From: the human T2T-CHM13v2.0 reference genome, Homo sapiens
Strand: one strand, 5' to 3'
Assembly: GCF_009914755.1 (NCBI RefSeq)
Contig: NC_060933.1
DNA length: 64,000 nucleotides
Shown here: piece by piece, positions 27,860-43,649 of the stretch
Numbering within the stretch: position 1 is the first letter of the stretch
Layout of the letters: the number at the start of each line of letters is the position of its first letter
Translations under genes and position numbers: made by a program
The notes under the pieces: generated by a model
Seen by the model: the letters and a program-made list of their open reading frames with translations, nothing else
Databases searched by the model: none
Told to the model about the DNA's origin: nothing

Positions 27860-30152
27860 TGACTATGATGTCCTCTCTGCTCTTTCTATTCAACATTGTT
27901 TCAAACATTCTAGCCAGGACAATTAAGCAAGACAATGAAAAAAAAAAGCCACATCCAGATTGGAAAGGAAAAAGTAAAACTATCTCTTCTCGCAATGACA
28001 TGATCTACTATGTAGAAAATCCTAGCGAATCTACTAAAAAACTATCAGAGCTAATGAAATCAGCAAGGCTGCAGGATATAAAAATCAATTGCATTTCTGT
28101 ACACTTGCAATGAACAATTAGAAAATGAAATTAAGAAAACAAATTCAGAATAAATTTAACAAAAGAACTGCAAACCTTATACTCTGAAAACTACAAAATA
28201 CTGTTAAAGAAAATTAAAGACTAAAAAAATTGGAAAGCCATCTCACGCTCATGGATCAGGAAACATGGTAGGTAATAACTTTCCAAATTGTACAGAGATC
28301 TCTACTAGAATCCCAGTTGGGGCCAGGCAAGGTGGCTCATGCCTGTAATCCCAACATTTTGGGAGGCTGAGATGGGAGATTCCTGGAGGTCAGGAGTTTG
28401 AGATCAGCCTGAGTAACATAGTGAGACCTTGTCTCTACAAAAAACTAAAAATATTAGTTGGGTATGGTAGTGCATGCCTGTAATAATAGCTGCTCGGGAG
28501 GTTGAGATGGGAGGATTGCTCAAGCAAGGTTACAGTGAGCTATGATTGCAGAACTGCACTCCAGCCTGGGCAACAGAGCAAGACCGTATCTTAAAAAAAA
28601 AAAATCCCAGTTGGCTTCTTTGTAGGAGTTGACAAAGCTGATTCTGAAATCCATATGGAAATGAAAGGGGCCCCAAATAGCTAAAATGCTGTTGAAGAAA
28701 GAAGAATAAAGCTGGAGGACTCATACCTCTTGATTTCTAAAACTTAATACAAATCTATAATAATCAATCAAGACAGTGTAGAACTAGCTCAAGGATAAAC
28801 ATATAGATGAATATAATAAAATTGAGAGTCCAGAAATGAACCCATACATCTATCATCAATTTATTCCAACAGAAGTGCCAGGATCATTCAATGAGGAAAG
28901 AATAGTCTCCTCAACAAATGGTCCTAGGACAGACTGACAGCCGTACGCAAAAAAACTAAGTTGGATCTTTACTGCATACCATATGTAAGAATTACATAAA
29001 AATGGATTAAAAAGAGCCTAACTATAAAAGCCAAAACTATAAAAGTCTTATGAGAAAACAGGTTAAATCTTGGTAAACTTGGATTTGGCAATGAATTTTT
29101 AGATATGAGCAAAAAGTACAAGCAATGAAAAAAATAAATTAGACTTTACAAACTTTTGTGCTTCATAGGTCACTATCAAGAAAGCAAAAAGACAATCCAC
29201 AGAATGGGAGAAAGACTTACAAAGTATATATCTGATAAGGGCCTTGTATCTAGAATATGTAAAGAACAGTTACAACTCAGTAACAAAAAGACAACCCAAT
29301 TGGAAAATGGGCAAGGTATCTGAATAGGTATTTTTCCAGAGAAGTTATACAAATGGCCAAGCACGTGAAAAGATTTTCAACATCATGAGCCATCAGGGAA
29401 ATGCAAATCGAAACCACAGGAAGACACGGCTTCACATCCACAGAGATGTCCAAAATCAAAAAGTCAAAGAGTAACATGTGTTGGCAAGGATGTGGAGAAA
29501 TTGGAATCCTCATACACTGCTGTTGGGAATGTAAAATGGTGCATCCACTTTGGAAAACAGCTTGGCAGTTCCTCAAAAATTTAAGTATAGTGTTATCATT
29601 TAACACCGCAAATTCATTCTTTGTTACTATATACCTAAGAGAAATGAAAACATATGTTCTCACAAAAACTTTCACATGAATGTTCATAGCACTATTATAA
29701 TCAAAGGATAGAAATAAGCCAAGTGTCCATCAACTGATGATTGGATAAGCAATAGTGGTATACCTACACAATAGAAAATTGTTCAGCAACAAGATAAATG
29801 AAATACTGATACATGGTTTAACACAAAAGAAACTTAAAAATCATATACTAAGGGAAAGAAGACTATCACAAAAGACCACATATGATTCTATATGAAATGT
29901 ACAGACTAACTAGCAAATCTATAGAGACAGAAAGTAGATTAGTGGTTGCCTGGGACCAGGTATGAGGAGGAGGGTGGCTGGGAGGGAAGATAGCTAAAGG
30001 ATCTGAGGTTCCTTTGCAGAATGATAAAAATGTTCTAAAATTGATTGTGGTGATGGGTGCCCAACTCTGGGGATACATGAAAATCCATTGAACTATACAC
30101 ATTATGTAAGTTAATTGTATAATATGTGAATTATATGTTGATAAAACTATTA
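27860..30152 (+). mobile_element. L1MB-type ORF2 and 3' UTR remnant (degenerate)
   Basis: RT remnants LFNIVSNILARTIKQ and DMIYYVENP; C-terminal CWQGCGEIGILIHCCWECKMVHPLWK; many stops and frameshifts. Confidence 0.92.
28321..28603 (+). mobile_element. AluJ inside L1
   Basis: TSD aatcccagttgg on both sides. Confidence 0.94.
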
Positions 30153-33100
30153 CAATTATATCCTTTTTAATGTTTTACTTAGATGGATATTCAATTCAGT
30201 AAACATTTTCAAAAGACTTTATTTAAAAAAAACAAAAACAATGACTAATGTCCTCCAGGACAACTGCACCCACTGACATCCCCCCATCAAATGGGGACAC
30301 CTGTCCCCTAGACTGATGTTCAGCTGGCAGGTACTAACAGGGGTATACTGGCACTTTATGGCTGGCATCAGTTCTGAGTAGTGGGTGTATATGTTACACC
30401 AGTGTTAAAATATTTTTAATTTCTCCCCCACCTTCTGGCCACATCCTGACCTACCTTGGGTATCATCAAATTTTTCATATTTTTGTAAAATTAACTAATT
30501 GAAAGTGAGTTGATTGAATTCCTTTACTGATGAGTGAGGTTGAGTATGATTTATCTTTTTAAGCATTGAAACTTTCTTTTCATTAAGGTAATACACATTT
30601 GGTTTAAATATTTAATTAGATCATAAGAATTTAAAATGAAGCACAGTTCCTAGTCCCATCTCAGTCCCCATCTCAGTTCCCCACAGGCACCCATGTTACT
30701 CTTGTAACATTTTCTGATTTTAGTTCACGTGATTCAAAACATATTCAAATTTACTCAATACCTCTAGATGATATGTACAAACCCCTATTTTTTTATTTAT
30801 CCCTTTAAGAAGATATCTCTTGACTTCCTGCCGTGATAAGTAAGGATTTAGCTCACTCCTCTCCTGTCTTCCACATACTCATCACTATTTTACCTTTATT
30901 GGTTGCTTTATTTCTTTTTCTGTCAGGTACTAACAAAAGGACACTAGAGTCAAGCTCCTCCTTTTGCTGTTTTTCCTTTTTACTTCCCTTGTTGTGTTTT
31001 ATGTTGTACCTGACAACTTCAGCTTTGTCAAGGCTGATGTTACTTCTGCTCTGAAATGGTCAATTCATCTGTGCTGCGTTATTGCTTTGATTCTAAACAC
31101 CCAAAACTCAATAAAGTGTTTTTGTGACTATGACCATGTAAATAGCACTCACTGCAGATCCAAGAAATATGCTTGTTCTATTTCCTTTCCTTGTTCCTCC
31201 TGGAGCTTCTAATTGCTTATTTTTTCTGGCATCATTGGCTCTACTGCATCTTTAAATTTTTTCCATTTTCGAAAGAATACTATCAAATGTATGGAATCTC
31301 TTTTTACAATATCCTTCCTTCCTGGACACCTAGCTCTCCAAGATTGATCATTTCCTGGGTTTGCTGCACAGCTGCATTCAGGAACTTCCCTTTGTCATTC
31401 TCCTGGGTTCAACTTACTATGTTTCAGATCCTGCTATTGCTCATCCTTGAGTATGCCTGAGAAAGGTTGTATGAGAGCTACACTTGGTCTGAAAATATAT
31501 TCTTTTTTCACATTTGATTTATAATTAGGCTGAGTAGTTTCAGATGTTGATATCAGAATGTTCTTATTGCAAGTATTAAAGCTTGGTTCTAAAAAAGGAG
31601 GGGTAAGCGGTTTCTGGCTGAAATAACCAAGAAGTCCAAAGTTGTATTGACTTCAGGTAAGGTTTGATCCAGAGGTTCAGAGTCATATGGGCCTTGGTTC
31701 CTTTTATTTTTATTTTTTAAGTATTTTCTCCTGTCTCTGCATGGTGGTCAGAGAACATGATTTGCATTTTTAAAAAATAATTTTTGATATTTAGTGAGGT
31801 CCATGCACCAAGTATATAATTAATTTTATAAATGTTTCTCGGATTTGGGGAAAAATATATTCTTATAACAAAGAAGTCATTTTTTTCAGATTATGTTAGT
31901 ACATGTTTTTATATTACATTTTAAAAACTGAGCTTGGGTTATTTGTCTTAACATTGATCTGTTATGTCTTTGCCTGGTATTTGCTCTGTCCTCTCAGCCT
32001 ACTGGTGGACTCCAGTTGCTGCAATGAAAGCCACTTTAAATTCAAACCACTACCTGAACTATTTATGTGTAAAATCTTTGTATTCCTCTATCTGGAAGAG
32101 CCTGGTGCATGGGTGCTCAAAAATATTTGTTAAAAGGATGAATGAATGAAATGGGAAAGCACATCTAATCAAAGCAGTTCAATCCATGCTGCTTCATACA
32201 TATCTCCATTTATTTCTGCAATTTTCCATTTGTTTTCTTAAAATTCCCATTGGCTATTCAAGGTTCATATCTAATTTTCATTGGAAATTCCTCAGGAGCA
32301 GGAATATATTATTGGCTGTATTTTTTGCCTGCTTTTTTAATGCACCCAAGTTCTGACTGTTAATTTTCTAATTAATAGTACACTGATGGAATGATGCTTC
32401 CTATCTGTGATTAAATTCAAGGATCTTGAGGAGTGTTAGTTTTCCCAAACTCCCAGAGGAAAAAAAAAATCCTAAAGGCAGTTACCTAGGGGAATGCAGT
32501 TGTGCTCACAAACAGCCCGGGGCAGTCTCAGTGGGTGTGGGACCTCTCCTCCTTGGACACCCTGTGGGTACAGAGCATGGGGTCTGGGAGATGGCAAAGG
32601 TAAAGTGGGCTCTGTAGTCTGCTCCTCTTAGGAACATCACCAAAGAATCTGGCTTTATGGAAAATTGTCTGGCTTGATCAGTGGAGCAAATCTAGCTTTG
32701 CCTGGAGTTTCTCTTTTCCCTAAAATTAAATTTCTATTCAGACTTACGTCAGCAATTTTGTTCTTTTTAAGGACACAGTCCCCTTCAATCTCTCCCCAAC
32801 CCTAGTGACTTAAGGCATGATTTGAATCTGTCACGCCGTGCTGATATACGGGAGGTTTGGTCTGGCTGTTAATACTGGCAAAGGAATTGAGTTTTCCCCA
32901 ATAGGATGAACATTCTGCATTTAATGAAAGCAAGATTTTAAAAATTGGCTTCTATTATACAACTTCTAGGTCTTGTAAAATTATACATGTCTTGGGGACC
33001 ACTTAGATGCTATACAGGGGTGAGTTATTCTCTCCCAAGAAATCTTCTGTGATTACAGTTGAGTTCCAGGTCCAACGGCTTCATATAAAACTTCCTTTAG

Positions 33101-33269
33101 AGAGACTGGAGGTGGTTACTGCCTTTAGTGGCATTTGCATGTTCAGCGTGACTGAGAACACTCTTGATGGTGTGACTTCATCACAAAGACTTGATCAGGT
33201 GTCAATAATTTTTAAATGGCCATGTTTCTTAATGAATTCTCTCTCTGGTTCACTGCATGGAGGTGCTAG

Positions 33270-33808
33270 TGAGAGGTGAAGCCAGCTGGACTTCTTGGGT
33301 CTAGTGGGGACTTGGAGAACTTTTCTGTCTTACAAGAGGATTGTAAAAAGCACCAATCAGTGTTCTGTAGGTATCAAGAGGACTGTAAAATGCACCAATT
33401 AGTGCTCTGTAAAATGCACCAATCAGCGCTCTGTAGCTAGCAAGAGGATTGTAAAATGCACCAATCAGTATTCTGTAAAAATGCTCCAATCAGTGCTCTG
33501 TAAAATGCACCAATTGGCAGGATCCTAAAAGTAGCCAATCACAGGGAGGATTGAAAAAAGGGTACTCTGATAGGACAAAAACAGAACATGGAGGGTACAA
33601 ATAAGGGAATAAAATTGGCCACCTCAGCCAGCAGCAGCAACCAGCTCGGGTCTCTTTCTACCCTGGGATCTTTGTTCTTTTGCTGTTCACTATAAACTTT
33701 ACTACTACTCACTCTTTGGGTCTGTGCCATCTTTAAGAGCTGTAACACTCACTGCAAAGGTTCGTGAGAGGCCATGAACCCACCTGGTAGGAACCAACTC
33801 CGGACACA
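33270..33808 (+). mobile_element. Solo LTR12-family (ERV9-related, LTR12F-like) LTR
   Basis: TG...CA termini (tgagaggtgaagccagctggac...aactccggacaca); tandem gcaccaatcag repeats with seven CCAAT boxes. Confidence 0.9.
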
Positions 33809-34088
33809 GTACCTACTAGATAGCTCATTTTGCATTATTCTGAAGTGAGAAGAACATTGCTGTGGACCTCGTTCTTAAGTGTATTCTCAAGATTAACACC
33901 TCCACACTGGAATGTGAAATTAATCAAAGCAGCCAGGCCAGCACGTTGGGTGTCACTGATGTTTTCCAGGTTGTTTTTCCTTCTTAACCTGAAAAAAATT
34001 AGAAAGCTTCTTTGCCCTCCAAATTGTAGGCAACAGAAAAGGTTAGAATACATTGGAAAACTTAGTTTTTAAAAAATTCCACTTTTAG

Positions 34089-34200
34089 ACTGCACCTGTA
34101 GTCCAAGCTACTTGGAAGGCTTAGGGTGGAGGATCACTTGAGCCTAGAAGTTCAAGGCCAGCCTGGGCAGCTTAGCAAGACCCCTTCTCTAAAAAATAAG
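34089..34200 (+). mobile_element. Partial Alu monomer (FLAM-like)
   Basis: cacctgtagtccaagctactt...ggatcacttgagcctagaagttcaagg; aaattccactttt on both flanks. Confidence 0.85.
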
Positions 34201-34249
34201 CAAATTCCAAATTCCACTTTTAGGAATTTAATTGACTAATAAACTTACT

Positions 34250-34740
34250 TTTAAAAAAGTCAAGCTATAAAAGGATCTTCGTTTAGCATTTTTTAATTGA
34301 GAAAACAACTGGAAACTACTTATATGTCTATTTATAAAGAGCTATTGAGATATACTGTAGACTATGTGGGATATATTTAGCATCTGACAGAATTGGGTGT
34401 CTTATTCCTGTGTATCCTTGTATGCAGCTGTTAAAAAGAATGAAATTGGTCTATTTGTGCTAACATGGGAAGTTCTTCAAGACGTGAAAATGAGGCAGAC
34501 GAGGCACTATAGGTACTGATTGTATGATCTTCTGTATAAAAAGAAATAGAAAATATGTATGTATATATGTGTGTGTGCATGCATGTTGGTATATAAGAAA
34601 AATGTTTTCTGAAAGAGCTCTAAAAAACTGCTAATAATCCGAGTGACAATGACCAGATGAGTACAATATTACTTTTCATTTTACAACTTTCTGTACTTCT
34701 TGAATTTTTTGTCATGCAAGGGAATAAATCTTTAAGGCAT
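34250..34740 (+). mobile_element. L1ME-type 3' fragment
   Basis: aaaacaactggaaactacttatatgtc...atgcagctgttaaaaagaatga. Confidence 0.65.
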
Positions 34741-35047
34741 GTTATCAAAGTTATCTAGGTGGTGGGAGTATGAGACATTGGTATGTTCGTTACAGTTTTA
34801 AGCATGAAGAAACACTAGCAAATGTTATTTTTGCAAGGTGCAATTATGAGAATACAGTCCTAACAAAAGCAACAAGGGGGCTAAATTTCAAAATTTAATT
34901 GTTTCTTTAAAATAACTTATAAATTGTAAATTGTAAGCTCTTCTAGTCTAATAGAAATGACACTCATGCAAGAACTCTTTCAATTTGATATGTGAAATAG
35001 GCTGGCTCTGGGATCCAGTTGAGTTTGGGTATAGAAAGTTGTTTCAG

Positions 35048-35351
<304 letters not shown>

Positions 35352-37548
35352 TCAAAGTGTGATAAACTAGAATTAGGACTTTACAAGGCTAAGAGAGAGA
35401 AATTTCAAAAAATGTTGATGCATAATGATTTCAGGAGAAAATACATTAAATGTGCATAAACTATAGACAGAATTTATTTCCAAGTGTTTTTCTTTGATTG
35501 TACATATTTTTTTCAGAAACTTTTGTGAAGTTTAAAAATTTACTCAAAGATATCATGCTTTGCCACATTTGTAAAGAAATACTGCCAAAAGAGACATTTT
35601 AAGATGCTGAATTACAAACGCATACTGCATGTTTTCATGAGGTAGTTGTTCAAGCCATTCTACATTTCCTGCCCTCTACCTGATCATTTTGATTCAATGG
35701 TTAAAATTAGTTGAACGCAGCCCTGAGCATTCAAGCAATACACAGTGCCATTTTTTTCTCCCGTAACCTCAGGCCGCACTGCAGATAACGCAAAGCATAC
35801 ACGCTCCACTCAGACTTGTTGATTAACTGATTGATTATAAAGCAGGCTAGAAGTTCATTCTGGTGTATATCACTCCATAAAATTAGTGATCATCTCAAAA
35901 GTGATTCTAGTGTGCATTCAACAGGGCCTAGGCAGTAATTCGCACTCAATTTGAGGTTTTTCTCTGATTAAAAATAGACTTTTCTGTCTTCCTTGAAGTT
36001 GAATTTCAAAGACAAGTAGCTGTGGTTGGTCTGTAAGAAGGAAGCCAGTCAGTTAGATTTGCATTTGCGACTTAGGAAGGACTTTCGTGCCTGATGGTGA
36101 GGGAAAGGGGATGTGGGGGTGTGTTGGACAGGGACAATGGGCTTGCATGAGGCCAATGGTTCTGTAAGTTTTCCAAGAGTTCTAGGATATTCAAAAGCAT
36201 TTTCTTCCTAGCAAATGATGCCTCAGAGGGTGCCAAGTCTCACCATATTTATTCAGACTACTTGATGTGAGTCACTTTGGGAGACAACTTCCAGGAAGAA
36301 TATTTTAACAATTTTTTTGTAGGAGTTGACTTTTGCCACAAATGCATTTCAATTAAATATACCCAAATATTTGCTGAGGAAATACCCGGTCAGGTCATAG
36401 TGGAGTCTATGCATTTCACACCAACTCCATCACTGGTCATATTACTGAAGTTCTCTCCGTTACATCAGAATGGCGACTCATTAACTTTTATGAATTTTCT
36501 GAAAAAGATTTTCCTCTCTCTGGGTTCTTATGAGTCTCTTTGGAAACTTGCTCCTGAATTTTATCCCTCTCTTCAATGCTAGCTTAGTTTTAACACCAGT
36601 TCAGATATATTTGAAGTAGGTTGCGGGCTTTTACCCTCCATTGCCTATTTTGGTCGTGATAAACTTAGTATTTCTGTTTGTACCAACTCTTGCCCCAGTC
36701 CTATTTCCGTCTGCTGCAAGATGTTGTGGATCTACATCCAAAGTGAGAATTTGTTTGGCCCGATTGTGCTTGTTAAAAGCCCTGAAAGTTGGTGTGTTTA
36801 TTGTCTTTTGACTTTGGAGACTCCAGGCTCAAGTACCTCCCATGACCTTTCGTTCCTGTGTATCCTTGTATGTAAACAGCTTTGCAGCAGCAAAGCTCCA
36901 GCTCTCTGTGACCTTGGCAGCAGGGCAGTGAGCAATGGTTTCCAGAGCAAAGTCTCTTTCTGAATACATTTTGCTCCACATCTCCTGGTCCCAGTAGGGT
37001 TGTTTTCAGCACCAGACATGTCATTTCTCCTCCACGTGATCTTATTTTTAGACGAGCATCTTCAAAAGAGCAAGCTGGAAGATAATTTGCATGCATCTTT
37101 CCATCATCTTTCATTTCTTGTTTTCACCAAGTATAAAGACTCTCATTTTCTCATGTCTTTGGGGTATGTCTCTATGTTTAGCCTCCTTTCAGGAGAAAGA
37201 TATTTCTACCTTATTCAAATGGCTTTTGACTTAGATCTTTCTATCTTCTCAAATCCCAACATCCTCATCCTGAATCCTTAGGAAAGGTGCACAGCTGGTT
37301 TCTGCCTTCAAACAGCAGTTTTTGAAGAGAAACGTTCCCCTGATTTCCACCCATTGCCTGCCTGCCCTCCAGCTCCCAGCCCAACAGCTGCAGGGCAGAC
37401 CACGTCTGAGCAGAGACCCGGCAGGGACTCCAGAAGGGGAAAGACCTTGTGCTTGGGGTCAGGGCAAGACCCAGAGGACATCTACCTTTCTGAACACCAT
37501 GGCCCCTTCAGTAGGATGCCTTTGCAGTCTGAATGTGGCTTCCTGGGA

Positions 37549-37581
37549 ACTATTTAAAACCTTTGCCTTGGGCCATTCTGG
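37549..37581 (+). repeat. Copy 1 of exact 33-bp direct repeat
   Basis: actatttaaaacctttgccttgggccattctgg, identical to 39162-39194. Confidence 0.97.
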
Positions 37582-39161
37582 CTTTTTGCCCAGAAAAAAA
37601 TGCAGATTAAGGGAAGAAGTCCAGAATGCAGCAAATAATACTTCAGTATTGTCCCATTTAAGCATGTGTTTTCCCAGTATAGGATTGTTCACTAATCATG
37701 TCTAACCATGGACAGTCCTCATCTGTCCATAGTCTCACAAGACTACAAGGTCCGCCTGCCCCAGTAAATGTTTGTGGGACTTAGAATCTCAAGAAGAAAA
37801 AGTATGAAATATATAAGTGGCAAAGTTAACAGAGTTTACAGGAAGAGATCAACACTGGCTAACAGGAGTTGGGGAGGCATTTTATACATGAGGATGGGAT
37901 AGCTGAAGGGTGGTGAGAGTTTGTGAATAGAGGAGGGCAACCTAGGTTTCATGAGCCAAGGTGTAAATTGGTGGGCAAGCTCTTGGGGATAGAAAGAGCA
38001 AAGGCCTGGCCTGAATGGAGGGTTTGTGTGAGGGAACATGGGAAAATCATGTCTAATCCCAGAGTTGTCAGATTCGCAACATATTGACAGTGGTTTCTAT
38101 TCTCTGTCTCCTTTTAATTCTCTTGCATTTAATATTTAGATGGGATGACTTTTGTCTGACTGCATTTCCCAAACCTCCCCGCTTCCAACCACATAAATCA
38201 AAGCAAGATTAGATTTTGGATTTACTTTTCTGTATGTTCGGCCACTAGAATCCTCTAGATTTTTCACACATAGGAGTTAAACCCAGGGATTGTCCATAGC
38301 CATGCCACAGATCACTGGGGGCATGAAAGACTCTTCTAGAACCTGAGCCTGCCCAAAGCCAAGTCCAGTAGCAGACACCATGTAAATGACAAATGAATAT
38401 CTAGAATAATCAGGTTAGGTTTGCCTTGCTATCATTATCATATATCATATTCCCAATTTCTACAGCTGGATCATTTATCTTTTATGATCAATCACTGCAC
38501 TAAACCAATGTGTTGATAATCATTTTTTTCAGGTATCTTTACTGTTCAGATTGTTGGAACATGTAACCAGCAAGAATATGAGGCATCATTTACTTTCTTA
38601 ATCTCTGGGCTTATTTAGCCATTCACAAATATCAGGCTCTTTTAAAAAATATTGGTAGCCTCTAGCAGTTAGAAGGAGGTGAAGGTCTAGGTCCTTTCCC
38701 TCCCACTACCTCACCAGGACTTGTTTTTAAATGAAAGCAAGTCTCAGACCAAATTCTGCCTCATACACACGAACATTTATTGGGAGGTAAGTACAAAAAT
38801 AGCCATGCAACCTCCTCCTCTCATTCTCTTGTCTTTTTAGGTACTTTGGAAAGCATCTTGCAGGAAATATTTACTTTGTTGTGGTCACAACAAAATTTTA
38901 ACATCAGAGTAGGTGACAGAGATGACATAGGTGGCTCTCCATTAGGTGGGGACCATAGGACAGAATTCTATCCATAAAGAGAGAGAGATTCTGTCACTCC
39001 AAAGGTGGTCAGCTGCTGGGTTTGCCAGATCAAGGGAGGAGGTGCCAGTGGAAGTCTCTTCAGCCAACTACATGCCTTAGCATCACTCATTTCTTCAAAG
39101 AAAATTTCCTTCTAACAACCCCTGTGATAACAAATAAACCCTCTAGGGCAGATGGAGAAGG

Positions 39162-39194
39162 ACTATTTAAAACCTTTGCCTTGGGCCATTCTGG
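39162..39194 (+). repeat. Copy 2 of exact 33-bp direct repeat
   Basis: Identical to 37549-37581. Confidence 0.97.
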
Positions 39195-39229
39195 AACCTA
39201 AATTAAGATTAGGGTTTGTGAGTCAACTA

Positions 39230-40338
<1,109 letters not shown>

Positions 40339-40599
40339 GGGTTCTTGACATGTTAACCAACAAATGCTGACTAATCACCCTGAGGCACAGATGAAAGCAG
40401 GGTAGTTATCATCTGGTTTGCCTATATTTTAGGTTCTTCTCCCTGTAATCTTCAAAAGCTGTCCTAAGCCACCTTGAGTAAAAACCTAGCCCAGGTTACA
40501 CAGTATGCTGCTGTACTCCTGCCACTTCCCTGCTGGGCCCCTGGCACCTCCCAGCCCCTCTGTCATCATAATGAGAGCACCACTATTGGATTTCTCCTA

Positions 40600-41045
40600 A
40601 AAAGAAATGTAAGAGCCACACGCTGGAATCCAAATTCAAACGACTGATTTCCCAGAGACCCAGAGGCAGCTCCTTGGATCCACACAGAGTAGATGCTGTG
40701 AAGCAACATCTCAGGAATGAAAAATGTGTTCCCTGAGCTGCCAGGAGTTCTGCAGGGGCAGGCCTCACTTGTCAGGCCTCTCCAGAATTGCCCAGGCTGA
40801 ACACAACAACTTCACCTGAGATGACACCCCCAAGCTGTGAGTTCTTGGAGCAGTCACATTGAAAGACTCACCAATACTGGGCCCCCTTGCCACAACACTT
40901 CTGAAGTTTGATCTCAGCTCCAGAACACCCACCTTCTTCCCTGCTCAATCCTGCTTCTTTCTCGTTGCTCACAGATGTTGATCCCAAGAGTACTCCCCAA
41001 TAAACCTCCTATGCACTAATCCCCATCTATGGGTCTGCTTCATAC
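40600..41045 (+). mobile_element. LTR16-type ERVL LTR
   Basis: tgttgatcccaagagtactccccaataaacctcctatgcactaatccccatc...gtctgcttc 3' block. Confidence 0.65.
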
Positions 41046-41394
41046 CTTCTTTTGGAACCATTTACTCTAAAACCATAGGCTTGCAGGGATGCCCACTCAT
41101 CTTTGCAGCATGTGCAGTATAACCATCCTAGAAAAGTTGCTGGGAGCATCCTGATCTGGAGGGACCCAAGGTATGGCACCAAGCAGGTGTGGACTCTCTG
41201 GGGTCCAGTCCATCAGCACCGCCTCTTCTGTGGATGCCTGCATTCTGCTTCAGGACCCTGGTGTCTGGGTTTTGATTGTGTCCTCAATTGTACAAAAGAT
41301 GATTTTTAAGAACCATGTCTTATATTTAGTTTTCATTTGTATTGAAGTTGTATATGCACCTAGTTGAAAGAATCAAATGATTCTGCAAAGCTGA

Positions 41395-41812
41395 TGTGAC
41401 AGAGACTGCTGGTTGAGCACTAGCATCATTCCTCACCTTCTTTAATATCAGGGCTCCAGTGTCTTAGCTGAGCACGTGGCTAACAGCTAGACCCTATGCT
41501 TCCCAGCCTCCCATGCAGCTGTGGTCCTTATGCCCACATCCTGACCGATGGATGTGTGGCCCTTCTGGGGCATGTTCCTATCAGTTATGCACATGTGCTC
41601 TCCTGACCCTGTCCTCCTTCCCTCTGGCTGGGAAGACAAAACTAGAATGGCTGCCTTAGTCCCACAGGTGGAAGCTACGTTTTGAGGATCATAAAGGTGA
41701 CTTTCCAACCCAGATTGCTTCTCTTGAGATCATATCAAACAGAGAAACTTATACCTACCTCATTTAAGCTTCTGTATTTTGGTGTCTTTTTGCTAAAGCA
41801 GCTTAGCCTGTA
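41395..41812 (+). mobile_element. MLT1-family MaLR LTR within an old L1ME remnant
   Basis: cttcccagcctcccatgcagct...tttaagcttctgtattttggtgtctttttgctaaagcagcttagcct MLT1 3' end. Confidence 0.7.
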
Positions 41813-41822
41813 ATTTCATCCA
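41763..41822 (+). repeat. Inverted-repeat arm A (pairs with 43733-43793)
   Basis: Reverse complement matches 43733-43793 with one substitution and one 1-nt indel. Confidence 0.97.
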
Positions 41823-42151
41823 TATTGCTTGTTTAAACAAACAAACATACAAACAAACAGTCTTCTCCATCCTCTTTTCTTTTTCCCAGAAGCACCACCA
41901 TATGTTTAAATATTACATTTCTATTGATATTTCATGTTTAGGCATTATCTATTTGAGTTTCCAATTTGGAAGATGAATATTTCACTGTCTCCTTCTCTCC
42001 CACCTTCACCTCAGCCTCCCTTCTCCCATGCATACTCAGCACCCACTCCTCCATATTCCAAAAATACTTATGTTGTAGTTTTGGATAGATCAATAGATAT
42101 TTAGTATTTATACAATCATGATACTGCAAGTGGTATATAAAACAGTGTACG

Positions 42152-42507
<356 letters not shown>

Positions 42508-42626
42508 TTATATTTCCTTAGCATCCCATTTGCTTGCTATTAATTCAACCCTAAACAGTGTCCCTATTGTGTGATCTCTCAATATATTCAAACACACTGG
42601 GGATATCATTAGCTTCATCTGTTTGA

Positions 42627-42947
<321 letters not shown>

Positions 42948-43649
42948 CCTAGGGCTGAGTATGGTTCCCTCTGGATTGGCTGCTCACTAAGCCTGATGAG
43001 TGTGTGTCCCATCTGCCATCTTATAACTGGATATGAGTCTTGGTTCTGTGTCTTCTGATTGCCATGCAAGTCTTGCTGCCTTCAACAGCTGCAAAGGCTG
43101 CTGTGGCTACATGACATAGCATGTTTCCTTAGTCTCAATGGAGAGGACTCTATGTGGAAGTATTCTCTTGGTGAAGGGCTTCTCCTGAGAGCATTAGCAA
43201 CCTTCTGCACAATGAAGGGATTGGAAGTCTCCAAGCTGGATGAATTTCCTCATTCTGGGATTTCAAACTTCAAACTCTTCCTGGTGGGCAGAAAAATGGA
43301 CACTTAGTTAACAGCCTTTTCAAAAACATGAATTCAAGATATTACTGTTTAATTGCTTCAATTCAATATTCTCTTGACTACATCATTACACATGGACACT
43401 AGTCAATCTTCAATTTGACAGAATCCTCAAATATCTTGGGTATGGCACTGATGCATAATCCTTTGGTCCTTGTCCAAGTACTGGTTTAGGTATAACTTAT
43501 CAAGAATGCCTGGAATCTAAACAGCCAAGTTTAGAGCTTAAACAGAGCCTCCTTCCTCAATGTCCTTCACTGCCAACTAGCCAGAGCACCCCCCAGCTGC
43601 TGGGGGGCTCTGAGAAGACCACTTTCTTTGGTGTATTTTATTACAGGCT

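Noticed and set aside
27802-29687. ORFs with reverse-transcriptase-like and Cys-rich motifs
   Set aside because: Fragmented remnants of old L1 ORF2 with many stops and frameshifts; not an intact gene
30651-30680. Short tandem duplication cccatctcagt x2 (also tcagttctcat x2 near 16947)
   Set aside because: Ordinary slippage-type micro-duplications
33330-33540. Regularly spaced repeats superficially like a CRISPR array
   Set aside because: These are the CCAAT-containing tandem repeats of an LTR12-family LTR; no unique spacers, eukaryotic context
35638-35683. let-7-like start tgaggtagt with downstream ctacct
   Set aside because: Only the first 9 nt match let-7 and only about 6 bp can pair; no pre-miRNA stem
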